Source: Octopus sinensis (lineage: Eukaryota). From it: a stretch of DNA of 64,000 bases. The first letter of the stretch is position 1, and each line of letters starts with the position of its first letter. The notes beneath the pieces are model-generated. The model had not been told where the DNA came from, did no database searches, and saw only the letters and a program-made list of their open reading frames with translations. The position numbers and the translations under genes were made by a program. Positions 24,044-36,785 of the stretch are shown one piece after another. The DNA is taken from NCBI RefSeq assembly GCF_006345805.1, contig NC_043014.1, positions 8,246,001-8,310,000 of the forward strand, in the 5' to 3' direction.

Positions 24044-24527
24044 CATACATACATACATGCATACATACATATATACATACATATATACATACATACATAT
24101 ATACACACATACATACATGCATACATACATACATACATATACAATACATACATATATACACACATACATACATACATATATACATTTATACATACATACA
24201 TACATACATATACACATGCATACATACATACATATACACATACATACATACACACATACATACATACATACACATATACATACATGCATACATACATACA
24301 TATATACATACATACATACACACACACATACATACATACATATATACATATATGCATACACACATACATACATACATACATGCATACATACATACATACA
24401 TACTTACATACATACATACATATATACATACATACATATGTACATATATATAAATGACAGCTTCTTTCAGTTTCCGTCTACCAAATCCACTCGCAAGGCT
24501 CTGGTTGGCCTGAGGCTGTAGTAGAAG
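23168..24527 (-). mobile_element. SINE family A with internal microsatellite expanded to ~1.1 kb
   Basis: SINE 3' half at 23168-23360 and central domain at 24455-24527 flank the (TACA)n array. Confidence 0.85.
23360..24452. repeat. (TACA)n compound microsatellite
   Basis: About 1.1 kb of tacatacata with TA/CA variants; source of the HTYI/MYVC pseudo-ORFs. Confidence 0.98.
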
Positions 24528-24599
24528 CGCAAACCTGCAACAAATCCTGCTTGTATTTGATAGTGAGGATATTGTTTTGGTTACACTTGATGAACACAA

Positions 24600-25440
24600 A
24601 GTTGACCTTGCTTTACCCCCTTTCGGAGTTGATGAAATAAGTACCAGTTGAACCCTGGGCTTGATGTGATTGACTACACCCTCCTTTCGAAAATTTCAGG
24701 CCTTGTGCATATAGTAGAAAGGATTATTTCCATGTGGGCCAAGGCAGTGAGCTGGCGGAATTGTTAGCACACTGAACATGCTTCGTGTCATCTTGTCTGT
24801 CTTTACGTTCTGAGTTCAAATTCTGCCAGGATTGACTTTGCTTTTCATCCTTTCAGGGTTGATGAAATAAGTATCAGTTGAACGCTGGAGTCAATATAAT
24901 CAAATATAAGGCGGCGAGCTGGCAGAAGCGTTAGCACGCCGGGCGAAATGCATAGCCGTATTTCATCTGCCGTTACGTTCTGAGTTCAAATTCTGCCAAA
25001 GTCGACTTTGCCTTTCATCCTTTCAGAGTCGATTAAATAAGTACCAGTTACGCACTAGGGTCGATATAATCTACCTAATCCGTTTGTCTGTCCTTGTTTT
25101 TCCCCTCTATGTTTAGCCCCTTGTGGGTAATAAAGAAATAGGTATTTCGTCTGCCACTACATTCTGAGTTTAAATTCCGCTGAGGTTGACTTTGCCCTTC
25201 ATCCTTTTGGGGTCGATTAAATAAGTACCAGTTATGCACTGGGGTCGATATAATCGACTCAATCCATTTGTCTGTCCTTGTTTGTCCTCTGTGTTTAGCC
25301 CCTTGTGGGTAGTAAAGAAATAGGTATTTTGTTCGTTTTAATCTACTGAGCTTAAATTCTGCCTTGGTCAACTTAGCTCTATATTTCACGTTGATAAAAT
25401 GAATACCAGTTAAGCCCTGAGGTCAATATAATTGACTTTC
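24600..25440 (+). mobile_element. SINE family B tandem array
   Basis: Units restart at gtattt at 24958, 25142 and 25324 (period about 183 bp), plus older copies upstream. Confidence 0.85.
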
Positions 25441-25529
25441 TCTCCCTCATTTATACAACTGCTCTTGTATAAAACCAGTAACTGCTTAGAGTTAAAATGT
25501 ATCGCTTCCAGTAAACTGCTAAGCTAAAT

Positions 25530-26005
25530 TGTCTTATCACAAACAATATAATATTGTTTGTGATAAGACAGTCACCATGATAGATCGTTAGCCATTACAC
25601 ACATTTTTTTCTCTCCTTGTTTTTTCTGTGTCTCTTTCTGTAGAAGAGCGTAGGCTCGAAACGTAAAAGACTTTTTCTATTCCTGAGCGTTATACTAATA
25701 CATCTGTTTGTTTTGTACACCACCTGTCTTCGTCTTTTGTTTTTTCGTAAACTCTCCCTATATATATATATATATATACTTTCCTTCTCATGTGTGACTC
25801 TTCTGTCCAAGTCAGTCACCATGATAGATCATTAGCCACTACACACATTTTTTTTCATTTCTTTCTGTGTCCCTTTCCGTAGAAGAGCATAGGCTCGAAA
25901 CATAAAAGACTTTTTCTATTCCTGAGCGTTATACTAATACATCTGTCTGTTTTGTACACCACCAGTCTTCGTCTTTTGTTTTTTTTTTCATAAACTCTCC
26001 CTATA
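25530..26005 (+). mobile_element. Tandem pair of ~200-bp pLTR-like non-coding units with a palindromic 5' end
   Basis: 25570-25790 and 25812-26005 are near-identical; a perfect 41-bp palindrome lies at 25530-25570; the first unit ends in (TA)n. Confidence 0.55.
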
Positions 26006-26595
26006 ATAATATTGTGCTTGTACAGTTAAATGTAATACTACTACTGTTGAATTTAAAGCTCTATAATGATTATCACGATCCAGTCTGCTTTCCAGGATAG
26101 TGGTTTAATTGCTTCTGTATTAAGTAGTATTATTGGTTATGATATATAGAACAAGTAAAGGAGAAATCCCAAGAAGCACAAGTTAACATAATTTGTTCCA
26201 GCATAACTTTCACTATTGTGGTTATTTGGAATTCTGCATTGATTGTTTCCAATAAATAAAACTGAATCTCTTCCTGTCAGGTGTCCCAGATGAACCAACT
26301 TCATGGTAGGAGGTGCAGATAAGGGCAGCTGCATCGAACTCTCTCATGCACCAAATGGCAATTGCTAAAAAGCATTCGTGAAGTAAAATCATGTAGCAAC
26401 ACCAAATGGCGGTGCCCCAGCATGGCCACAGCTCGTGAGCTGAAACTAGATAAATTTAAAAAATAAAATAAGTGAAATTTGATGCTTGACTGCCATGAAT
26501 CATCAAAGGAACCCATTATTGATGATCCTTTGTGGTTGGGCATCAAATTGCACTTGGAACATACGAATGCAGAGTTCCAAACAACCACAATAGTA

Positions 26596-26790
26596 GTGGA
26601 GGCGCAATGGCCCAGTGGTTAGGGCAGCAAACTCACAGTCATAAGAACGCGGTTTCGATTCCCAGACCGGACATTGTGAGTGCTTATTGATCAAAAACAT
26701 CTAAGCTCCCCGAGGCTCCGACGGGGGTGGGTGGTGAACCTCGCTGTACTTTTTCACTACAACTTTCTCTCACTTTTTCTTCCTACTTCT
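26596..26790 (+). mobile_element. SINE family D (tRNA head)
   Basis: gtggaggcgcaatggcccagtggttagggcagc...ggtttcgattcccagacc; A and B boxes. Confidence 0.8.
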
Positions 26791-27077
26791 GCCACAAAGC
26801 AGAGGAACCATGGTGTAACCCACTATTGTGTGGTAAACTTTCAGACCCTAGTCTAGACTGCGAATCCTCTGTACCCCAGGATGGTTCAGCTCTCCACCCG
26901 TTAAAAAGCCACCGTTTACGGAATGAGGATAAAAACGTAGCTTTCACGCCCATGCAACCGCCAGTCTATCGCGTGTGGTCGGTGGATCTTCAAGTTGCCA
27001 CACGCATTCTTAGTAGCTTAGAGCAGGCTCGAATTAGAGGATTATTCTTTGTGGTTAATGGAGTGAGTCCTGATTGG

Positions 27078-27535
27078 AAGAGGAAGAAGAAGAAGAAGAA
27101 GAAGAAGAAGAAGAAGAAGAAGAAGAAGAAGAAGAAGAAGAAGAAGAAGAAAAAGAAGAAGAAGAAGGGGGAGAAGAAGAAGAAGAACAACAACACAACA
27201 ACAACAAAAACAACAACATGAAGAAGAAGAAAAAGAAGAAGAAAAAGAAGAAGAAGAAGAAGAAGAAGAGGGAGAAGAAGAAGAAGAAGAAGAAGAAGAA
27301 GAGGAGGAGAAAAAGAAGAAGAAGAACACAACAACAACAACATGAAGAAGAAGAAAAAGAAGAAGAAGAAGAAGAAGAAGAAGAAGAAGAAGAAAAAGAA
27401 GAAGAAGAAGAAGAAGAAGAAGAAGAAGAAGAAGAAGAAGAAGAAGAAGAAGAAGAAGAAGAAGAAGAAGAAGGAGAACAAGAAGGAGAAGCAGAAGCAG
27501 AAGAAGAAGAAGAAGGACAACAACAACAACAACAG
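27078..27535. repeat. (GAA)n/(CAA)n compound trinucleotide repeat
   Basis: About 460 bp of purine-rich array; source of the poly-K/E/F/S pseudo-ORFs. Confidence 0.98.
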
Positions 27536-28042
27536 TGAAACATACATTGGAACAAATTATATGTTTATTGCAATTTCCCCCTCAAATCCTAGAGATATAT
27601 TCTCTCTGTATTCTGCAAAATGCACACACACTACGACATATCGAATCTGTGAGCTACATTGCTGTTGTTTCATGAAAGACGAAGATACTGGGTAACTGGA
27701 ACCATGTTCTCTCTACATGGTCCAACGATTCAAACTTTGAGGCTACGCATCAAGTAAAATCTCTTACAATAGAGAGATGAAGCATTCTGAATGGATTTCT
27801 ACAGCTTTTGCAAGAATTCTTGTCTTTCTGGTTATTTTTTTATTTAGAGAGAAGGGCCAACTCTTGCAGTAACAAAGTTTTTGACTTTTTAAAATTAAAT
27901 TCTATTTTATTTAAATTTAATATAAAGGCACAGACGTCCCTGTGTAGTTAAAAAACTTGCTTCCCAACCATGAGGTGTCAGGTTCAATCCCACTGCCTAG
28001 CTTCTTATAATACAGCTTGAGTGGATTTGGTAGATGGAAACA

Positions 28043-28545
28043 GTTAAGTTAAGTTAAGTTAATTTTTTGGCTCAAAAAGCAAAAAGCAAGGCCATGCAGG
28101 GGAACGTGGAGTTATGTACACAGGGTGGTGTTCATGCAACGAGTTCAGGCCATTTGTGGTCAAGAGAAGCTTTGAACCGAGCGGTCATCGGCATCTTCAC
28201 TATTTCGTCCGGCAGCTTATTCCACGGATCCGCAACCCGGAACAGAGAAAGCCCCTCTCCTTCGATTGAGATGTAATCATTGCAGATAGAGCTTTTCGGA
28301 GTGACTCCGCAGCCTATGCTCTGGAGCTGGAGTGAAGAACAGCTCTTTCGGGAGCTTACACTTTCCGCTTATGATGTTGTGAGCAAGAATGAGATCACCA
28401 CGGCGGCGGCGTTTTTCTAGAGAATAAAGGTTGAGCGTCTTCAGCCTTTCTTCATAAGACAAATGCTTGAGACCAAGAACCATGCGGGTAGCCAGCTTCT
28501 GGACTCTTTCGAGATGATGTATGTCTTTGAGGAGATAAGGAGTTG
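28043..28545 (-). mobile_element. CR1-type LINE 3' fragment (same family as 20070)
   Basis: PYLLKDIHHLERVQKLATRMVLGLKHLSYEERL on minus; (aactt)n tail. Confidence 0.88.
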
Positions 28546-28646
28546 TTGATCCTTTATAAAACAAAATGCAACCCATATCAGAATAATACTCACAAATCTA
28601 GTTGACAAATAAACATACAGTCACTCACTAAAATGACAGCCATTAC

Positions 28647-29462
28647 CTTACTTCCCTGGACATAGATACATTGAAACTCCGACGTCTGGCAGCTGACTTG
28701 GTAGACACCCAACGTGACCTGGGTGTTATTGTCGACAGTGATTTGCGTTGGACAAAACACATCACTAAAATTGTCAAGAAGGCTGAGGGTGTCTTGGCAT
28801 CACTCACCAAATCCTTTGTGAGCCGCTCTCCAACTATCTATCTGTGGCTTTATATAGCTATGGTAAGACCTCACCTGGAATTTGCATCACCGGTCTGGAA
28901 CCCCTATCTTGCCCAGAATATCAATCGTCTGGAAGCCGTTCAGCGACGTGCAACCAAAAGAATACCTTCCATCAGGCATTTGCCATATTCTGAACGCCTT
29001 ACTTCCCTGGGCATGGACACATTGAAACTCCGACGTCAGGCAGCTGACTTGGTAGACACCCATAAAATTATTAACCATCTTACAAACAATAACTCTGAGC
29101 ACCTTTTCAAACTCCATCTGTCTAACACCCGTGGTCATATTTACAAAGTCAGAAAACAGCACAGCTCCCATGACTTTTGGAAACATTTTTTCACACTAAG
29201 GGTTGCTGAAGCATGGAACAAACTGCCGGCATCAGTTGTTAGTTGTCGGAGCACTGCATCCTTCAAAACTTCCATGCTTCCTGAGATTCGCCAACACTAC
29301 ACCTGATTTTCTCCCCTCCATACACACGCAAGTGTGTATCTGACTCATACACTCTTCACTTTCCAGACATTTGTACATTAGTGCATATACTTTATATGCA
29401 CTTTTGACAAGTTGTGGTGCACCTGAGCACTGTATACAATAATTTCATTATTTTTATTATTA
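28647..29462 (+). mobile_element. Second CR1-type family, 3' fragment
   Basis: ORF 28671-29306: RDLGVIVDSDL..VRPHLEFASPVWNP..LEAVQRRATK..AWNKLP; (att)n tail. Confidence 0.9.
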
Positions 29463-29889
29463 TCATTGACATATTTTTGGCACATTTATTTTTTCTTTCG
29501 TAACTACAAGAATTCCTGGTCTTCAAAACATGAAACTGATATCTATTTTCAACCAATAATATCTGAAACCATCTTTTCTTCACTCAATATCCCAAATGAA
29601 TCTCATCTATACAACTGCAGCAAAAAAGAAAATTCCTTAACTTCCAAGAACTCCCTTCCTGCTCAATATCAAAAATAGAAAATTGAAACTGAACATCAAC
29701 TATATCACCTTTAGAAATTTGTTGAGATCCGGAAAACTCCTTTTTTGACTAAGTAGTCATTTGCAAAAAAAAAAAAGCGCAATTTAGCCAAACCCCTCAC
29801 TATTTCAAGCAAACAATGACCATTAAAATATTATTGTTTTCCTTTTCGTCCAAACTACAAACCTCCACCTCCAACTACACTTTAATAGT

Positions 29890-30265
29890 ATATAATAATA
29901 ATAATGAAATTATTGTATACAGTGCTCAGGTGCACCACAACTTATCAAAAGTGCATATAAAGTGTATGCAGTAATGTACAAATGTCTGAAAAGCGAACAG
30001 TGTATGAGTCAGATACATGTTCGTGTGTGTATGGAGGGGAGAAAATCAGGTGTAGTGTTGGCGAATCTCAGGAAGCATGGAAGTTTTGAAGGATGCAGTG
30101 CTCTGACAACTAACAACTGATGCCGGCAGTTTGTTCCATGCTTCAGCAACTCTTAGCGGGAAAAAATGTTTTCGAAAGTCATGGGAGCTCTGCTGTTTTC
30201 TGACCTTGTAAACATATCCACGGGTGTTAGACGGGTAGAGTTTGAAAAGGTGCTCAGAGTTATTG
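29890..30265 (-). mobile_element. Second CR1-type family, 3' end, inverted relative to 28647-29462
   Basis: Reverse complement of about 29085-29460. Confidence 0.85.
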
Positions 30266-31204
30266 TTTGTTGATATAATAACAGTTTAGTCCTTTACAAG
30301 TCATTTAGGCATTCTTTCGATATGAGTCCCATTTACCTCACGTGTATTTGTTTACATTTGAAGAAGATCGGCACTTTCCGTAAACTTTTTATTTTTTTAT
30401 ATATGTGGAGTTAGGGTTAGGGTTAGGGGTGGGAGGAAGGGTATCTTTTTTTCTTCAGAAATGTAAATAAACCCACGTGGGTTTATAAGTGACAGTTATG
30501 TTACTAGTAACGAATGATCGCCTTTATGGATTTGGCACGTAAAAAGCACCTACTACACTCACGGAGTGGTAGGCGTTAGGAAGGGCATCCAGCTGTAGAA
30601 ACATTTCCAGATCAGACTGGGCCTGGTGCAGCGTTCTGGCTCCCCAGACCCCGGTTGAACCGTCCAACCCATGCTAGCATGGAAGACGGACGTTAAACGA
30701 TGATGATGATGATGATGACGATGATGTTACCACAGTGACAGAAACAGTCAACTTTGCTAAGACTTGAATGCACCTCAGCTGATATTTCACACCGTCTACA
30801 TCAATGAGATAAGATACATATGATATAGAGACATCCATATGAATTATGATGACATTGATAGAGTAAGTGAAAGCAAATGACTTCGTCAAGAAACAAGAAA
30901 CTCAACCGACAGGATCATATCCCAGACCTTTTACTGCAATTATGGACAATAAATAAGCAGCGTGTATACCTCAGGCGCTTTAATACAGTCACACACAATA
31001 AACAAATAAGGTGGATACCTATGACTCTTTAAAGCAGTCATACACAATAAATATATTAACAGGGAATAGATCTCTGGCACTTTACTAGCAATCACAGACA
31101 ATAAATAAGTTAAGCTGACATGGTAGTAACATCTGGCCCTCGACTGCAATCACAGACAATAAATACGTTGTCAGAGACCATACACCTGGCTCTTTACTGC
31201 TATT

Positions 31205-31535
31205 AGCCACCGTGGCTCAGTGGTTAGAGCGTCGAGCTTACGATCGTGAGGTTGTGAGCTCGAATCCCGGACCGGGCTGCGTGTTGTGTTCTTGAGCAAG
31301 ACACTTTATTTCACCTTGCTCCAGTTCACTCAGCTGTAGAAAGGAGTTGCGACGTCACAGGTGCCAAGCTGTATCGGCCCTTGCCTTTCCCTTGGACAAC
31401 ATCGGTGACGTGGAGAGGGGAGGCCGGTATGCATGGGCGACTGCTGGTCTTCCATAAAACTACCTTGCCCAGAGTTGTGCCTCAGAGGGTAACTCTCTAG
31501 GTGCACACCCATGGTCAGTGTCTGACCGAAGGGGG
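31205..31535 (+). mobile_element. SINE family E (tRNA head)
   Basis: gtggctcagtggttagagcg...gctcgaatcccgg; core gtgttcttgagcaagacactttatttc; minus copies at about 41560-41880 and 63490-63690. Confidence 0.8.
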
Positions 31536-31619
31536 TCAAAAAAATTAGCCACCAATAAATATAACAACAGAGAATAAAGTTCTTGTTCTTTACCGCAATC
31601 ACGCACAACAAACTAACAT

Positions 31620-32297
31620 ATTTCTTTACTACCCACAAGGGGCTAAATACAGAGGGGACAAACAAGGACAGACAAACGGATTAATCCAGTGCATAACTGG
31701 TACTTATTTAATCGACTCCGAAAGGATGAAAGGCAAAGTCGACCTCGGCGGAATTTGAACTCAGAACGTAACGGCAGACGAAATACGGCTACCATTTCGC
31801 CCGGCCTGCTAACGTTTCTGCCAGCTCGCCGCCTTATAATGAGTATACCTCAAGCTCTTTACTAGCAATTACAGACGATCGAAGATAAGTTGTCACAGAC
31901 CATACCTATTTCTTTACTACCCACAGGGAGCTAAACACAGAGAGGCCAGACAAACGGATTAAGTCAATTATATCGACCCCAGTGTTTCACTGGTACTTAA
32001 TTTATCGACCCCGAAAGGGATGAAAGGCAAAGTCGACCTCGGTGGAATTTGAACTCAGAACGTGACGGCAGACGAAAAACCTATTTCTTTACTACCCACA
32101 GGGGGCTAAACACAGAGAGGACAAACAAGGACAGACAAACGGATTAAGTCGATTGTATCGACCCTAGTACTTAATTTATCGACCCCGAAAGGGATGAAAG
32201 GCAAAGTCGACCTCGGATGAATTTGAACTCAGGACGTAACGACAGACGAAATACCGCTAAGCATTTCGCCCGGCGCGCTAACGTTTCTGCCAGCTCG
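31620..32297 (-). mobile_element. Cluster of SINE family B copies
   Basis: Full copy 31620-31835; tandem units 31905-32297. Confidence 0.85.
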
Positions 32298-32439
32298 CTT
32301 GTTCTTTACCGCAACCACGCACCGCAAACTAATACTGAGTGTATACCTCAGGCTCTATACTAGCCATTACGGGCGATCGAAGACGATAAGACGATAAGGT
32401 GTGACAGACCCATACCTCTGGCACTCTACTTAGAGACAA

Positions 32440-32520
32440 TGAAACGAGACAATCGAACCGGAAGCACGTATAATTACCCCTCGCCGCCACAGTTACCTCC
32501 CCTTCGTTCCCAACTAATGG
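32440..32520. promoter_or_regulatory. Candidate CpG-containing promoter element with ETS-type site
   Basis: Unique, relatively CpG-rich patch with CCGGAAG at 32458-32464, about 250-400 nt upstream of the candidate donor. Confidence 0.3.
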
Positions 32521-32689
32521 TACTTTGTTAAGCGCTAATAATTGAAGTGAATAATAATATATATACATACATGTACATATATATAAACATATTTATATAC
32601 ACACGCACTCACAGAACTATATATGTATCGGTATAACTATGTATGTATGTATTTATATTATTTGTATATAATTACCTGCTTGTTTTGCT

Positions 32690-32847
32690 ACGTTTCTACA
32701 ATGGAAATTAATCCTGATGGCTCTAAAATTCTACACCGTGGTCGTATTCCCTCCAAGATTCATCGGTTTTCTTCCTTTTAAAACTCTTAAATTCTGCTCG
32801 ATTTCGTCTTTCAAATGAAACTGATGAAAGGAGAAATAACGGTAAGC
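32690..32847 (+). other. Candidate non-coding first exon with splice donor (possibly of the zinc-finger gene)
   Basis: Non-repetitive sequence ending in AACG|GTAAGC (GT at 32842), followed by a T-rich intron-like tract. No transcript evidence. Confidence 0.35.
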
Positions 32848-33029
32848 AGTCGGAACTTTCTCTCTGTTGTTGTTTTTTTGTTTGTTTGTTTGTTTGTTTA
32901 TTGTAATTAATTAATTATTTTTTTTAAATGCAGACATGATCGAAGTTAACTCGCAAACACACACGAAGTATTTTTCTATTTATTTTCTCAGGACATCGAA
33001 GAGGTGTACACTTTGTTTTATGTGGATGG

Positions 33030-33280
33030 CTGGATAGATAGATAGATAGATAGACAGACAGATAGATAGATAGATAAACAGACGGAGAGAGAGATGGATG
33101 GATAGGTAGGTAGGTAGATAGATAGATAGATGGCTAGATAGATAGATAGGTGGCTAGATAGATAGATAGGTGGCTAGATAGATAGATAGATAGATAGGTG
33201 GCTAGATAGATAGGTGGCTAGATAGATAGGTAGATAGATAGATAGATAGATGGCTAGGTAGATAGATAGATGGATAGATA
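33030..33280. repeat. (GATA)n/(TAGG)n microsatellite
   Basis: gatagatagata with ggct/ggta variants. Confidence 0.95.
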
Positions 33281-36200
33281 TGAGTGTGTATTTGTATATG
33301 TGGTGTTTGGGCTCCAGGTCAGGCCTGATTGAGCATTTAAACCATGACAAACCCTTCTCCTTTTCTTATATCTTTTAGTGCATCTTGGACTACAATTGTC
33401 CAGTGTGACTTTCCTTGTTGAGGGCGATAGGGTGCTATTTAAGGGAATGTAGCTGCCATTTCTTTGCTGTTAGAACGACTGCAAGAAGGCTTCCTCGTTG
33501 GTTCGAACCCTTCTGCGGGTCAAAACGAAAGAACGCCGTTCGATGTATATGTTATATAGGTACACGCACGTGTGTATATGCAAGTAGACGTGTTTATATG
33601 TGAGTGTAAATATAAAGAATATATGTATATAAATATATAGGCATTCCTTCGGTATAACTCGACAAAATCAAAACATTATAATCAAACATCATTATTATCG
33701 ATTTAATATCCAATTTCCTTGTATAGATCAAAAGAAATTCATTAAGATTTTCTGTGGTCAGATGGTCTTCCTGTCGTCAATCCGTTTCCTTTTTTCTGAG
33801 CAAGGTTATAATTTTCCCAAGACTGCATGTTTTCTTAAAAAAATGCTAACACCGCTTGTATGATGGTGGTGTTTGTTTACGGACATTCGTGCGCGTGTGC
33901 ACACAAACACATACTGTAGACTATATTTTGTTTTTCAGTTTCCTTCTACCAGCTTCACTTACAAGGCTTTGATCGTCCCATAGCTATAGTTAAAGAAGAC
34001 ACTTGCTCAAAGTGCCTTGAACTTACTCACACAGCCACGTGTGTATAAACGCACACATATTTGTCGTTGTTGATGTAGTCTAACCCTGGTCACCCTTGAT
34101 CAAACAGACCTATGTTCGGAGGCATTTAAGACACGATCCCACAACCCTCCTATCTTATTAGGCTTTTCTAAGAATATCTTGTCCAACTTGTTCTCTTTTT
34201 CAAGACAATGCAGTGCTATGCAAGCGGGGATTTAGTGACTAATTCCTAAGTGTCAAGTAGACTACTAAATGCCTCCCCACTTTATATAGTTGTATACACA
34301 CACAGACACACACACACATATATATAGTTATAAAATACAGTGTACATTTAAACACATCAGGAATCCACTCGTGGGATTCAGCACACTAGAAAGAACAGCT
34401 AAGTTCTATAACCACAAAAATTAGGGATAAAATTCGGCAGGAATGAAATGAAAAAATAAAAACATTTTATCCTCTAGTTTCCTGGACCAATTGGTTTCTG
34501 ATTTTAGTTTAGCAAGTAAATAACCTGTAGCTGCCTAGGTGAAATCGTCTTCAGCAGGAACACCTTGGGTTAAATATATAAACACAAGGCGATCAAACTA
34601 TGTGCCTCTAGTTTATATATCCTAATTTCTTCAAAATCTACTGCACAGGTGCAGCCCTTCGCCAGCAATGTCATCATCATCTTCAGTCGTCCATGAAAAC
34701 ATGCCTGGCCACAGGGAAATATTACCTTATATGGGAACACTTGGCAACAAGAAGGGTATCTTAGTTGTAGAAAACCTACCTCAGTGAATTCGTTGTGAAT
34801 ATGCGAAATTCAACATCAAAACGATGATGGTGGTGTGTGTGTTTGTGTCATTGTCATCACCATACTTATATGGTTTTTAGGGGTCTTTTCCTGTAGATTG
34901 TCTCACCACATGTGATCCTTTATTATCTCCATGAGGTCCAGTCTCTTTAGATCAACTTTCACCATTTCTACCCATGTCTTCCTTGGTCTTCTTCTTCTCT
35001 AGGCCGGCACTTTGTCTCACTGTCATCCTCAGTATGCACACGTCCACACCAGTACATTCTTCCTTCAGATGCAGTCATCATCATCATCATCGTTTAACGT
35101 CTGTTTTCCGTGCTAGCAGGAGTTGGACGGTTTGACCGGGGTCTGGGAAGCCAGGAGGCTGCACTAGGCTCCAGTCTGATCTGGCAGTGTTTCTACAGCT
35201 GGATGCCCTTCCTAACACCAACCACTCCATGAGTGTTGTGGGTGCTTTTTACGTGCCACCAGCACAGGTACCATATTTATACATATATATATATATATAT
35301 ATATAGCTTCCTAGCTATATGGTTTCGGGTTCAGTCCCACTGCATGGCACTTTGGCAGGTGTCTTCTGCTATAGCCCCGAGCCGACCGAAGCTTTGTGAT
35401 TGAATTCGGTAGGCGGAAGTTACTGCCGTGTATGTATATGTGCGTGTAGGTGCTTGTGCCTCTCCGAAAGTGAGAGAGAGATAAATATATTCATGTATGT
35501 ATTTATGTTTATGTAACTTTTCTTTTATTCACATTTTTCCTCTATTTTGTGCTCCATTGTTCATGCACACATCCAGCAGAGCATAATCACCTCATTTCTT
35601 TCTAGTCTTTGTACATTTCTGTTATCACTGCCCATGTTTCGCTACCATGCAGCATCTTGCTTCGTGCACAAGCATCATACAATCTGCCCATCACTTAGTG
35701 AGAAAAGCCCTTTGCTGCCAACAAAGACAATAACTCCCTAAACTTTTCCCACTCCATTTTTACTCTGCCTACTGTGTTGTTAGAACACACTCCTCGACTG
35801 CTAATTTTGTTGCCTTGGTATCAAAATTGATCAACTACTCCCAGGGAACCATCCGAGGATTTGGAAGAATCTAAAAGTACACACTCAAATCATTGAAATC
35901 GCAAAGCTCCAAGATAATGCCTGATTAATTAAAAACAATGTTAATGAATGAGCATTACATTTGACTGAGTAATCTGAAAATAGAAGATTTGCTTCCAAAG
36001 ACATTCCTCTTTCATCCGAAGAACATGAGTGTTCTTAGTTGGATAATGAACACAATGTCTGTTCTTGCTTTATTCAGCATGCTAGCATTAATCTTTCTAG
36101 CTTCTCAGTTTATATTTAACCCTTTAACATTTAAACCGGCCATATCCAGTCCAAATGGTCTACCTGTTTTATGTTCAAACTGGCCAGATCCAGTCTTTCC

Positions 36201-36554
36201 CACCTACCCTACAATGTCATTCTAAAATTAAATGATTACATCTTCAAAATCTTGAAGCTACAAGATAATACGTGATTAATTTTTTAAAATATGGATACAT
36301 AAACATTACATTTCAGTGAAATTCTGTATATATGTTCATGTTGTAATCAACCTGTGGGCAGAACAGAGTTTCTCAAAATGAATTTATTTAATTTGATGGC
36401 AGCATTTTGAGAGTAGTTTGCCTCTTGAATTTAATGATTTGACAGATGTTACTATGAAGATTTATGGTTAAAATGACTGTAGTGCAAAAGAGATATGTAA
36501 GGAGATGCTAGATTTATAAGGAAATGATTGCAGAAAGACAGAGAGAGGGAGGGC

Positions 36555-36714
36555 TGCCTTTAGTCAAACAAATCAACCCCAGGACTTATTCTTTGTAAGC
36601 CTAGTACTTATTCTATCAATCTCTTTTGCTGAACCACTAAGTTACGGGGACGCAAACACACCAACATCGGTGTCAAGTGATAGTGGTGGGGGACAAACAC
36701 AGACACACAAGTAC

Positions 36715-36785
<71 letters not shown>

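Larger units (their letters stand above)
30915..32430. repeat. Degenerate ~50-bp tandem repeat interrupted by SINEs
   Basis: Recurring catacct(c/a)..ggc(t/a)ctttact(a/g)gcaat(c/t)acagac(a/g)at(aaataag). Confidence 0.6.

Noticed and set aside
23298-24599. Long HTYI/MYVC ORFs (up to 373 aa)
   Set aside because: Translations of the (TACA)n microsatellite, open in most frames by composition.
25638-25680. Hammerhead-like gagc-gtag-gctc-GAAAC (also about 25877-25910)
   Set aside because: No CUGANGA core, no NUH triplet and no stem I; at most a vestige.
26727-27695. Poly-K/E/F/S ORFs
   Set aside because: Translations of the (GAA)n repeat.
30415-30432. Interstitial telomeric repeat (ttaggg; also 13038-13060 and 14868-14885)
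   Set aside because: Only 2-3 units and part of the MITE family B interior.
31205-31275. tRNA gene (also 26596-26665 and 61830-61900)
   Set aside because: A/B boxes continue into SINE bodies, and no complete cloverleaf is evident.
32820-32845. CTGATGA...GAAA next to the candidate donor
   Set aside because: Only 5 nt between the motifs, with no stem II possible.
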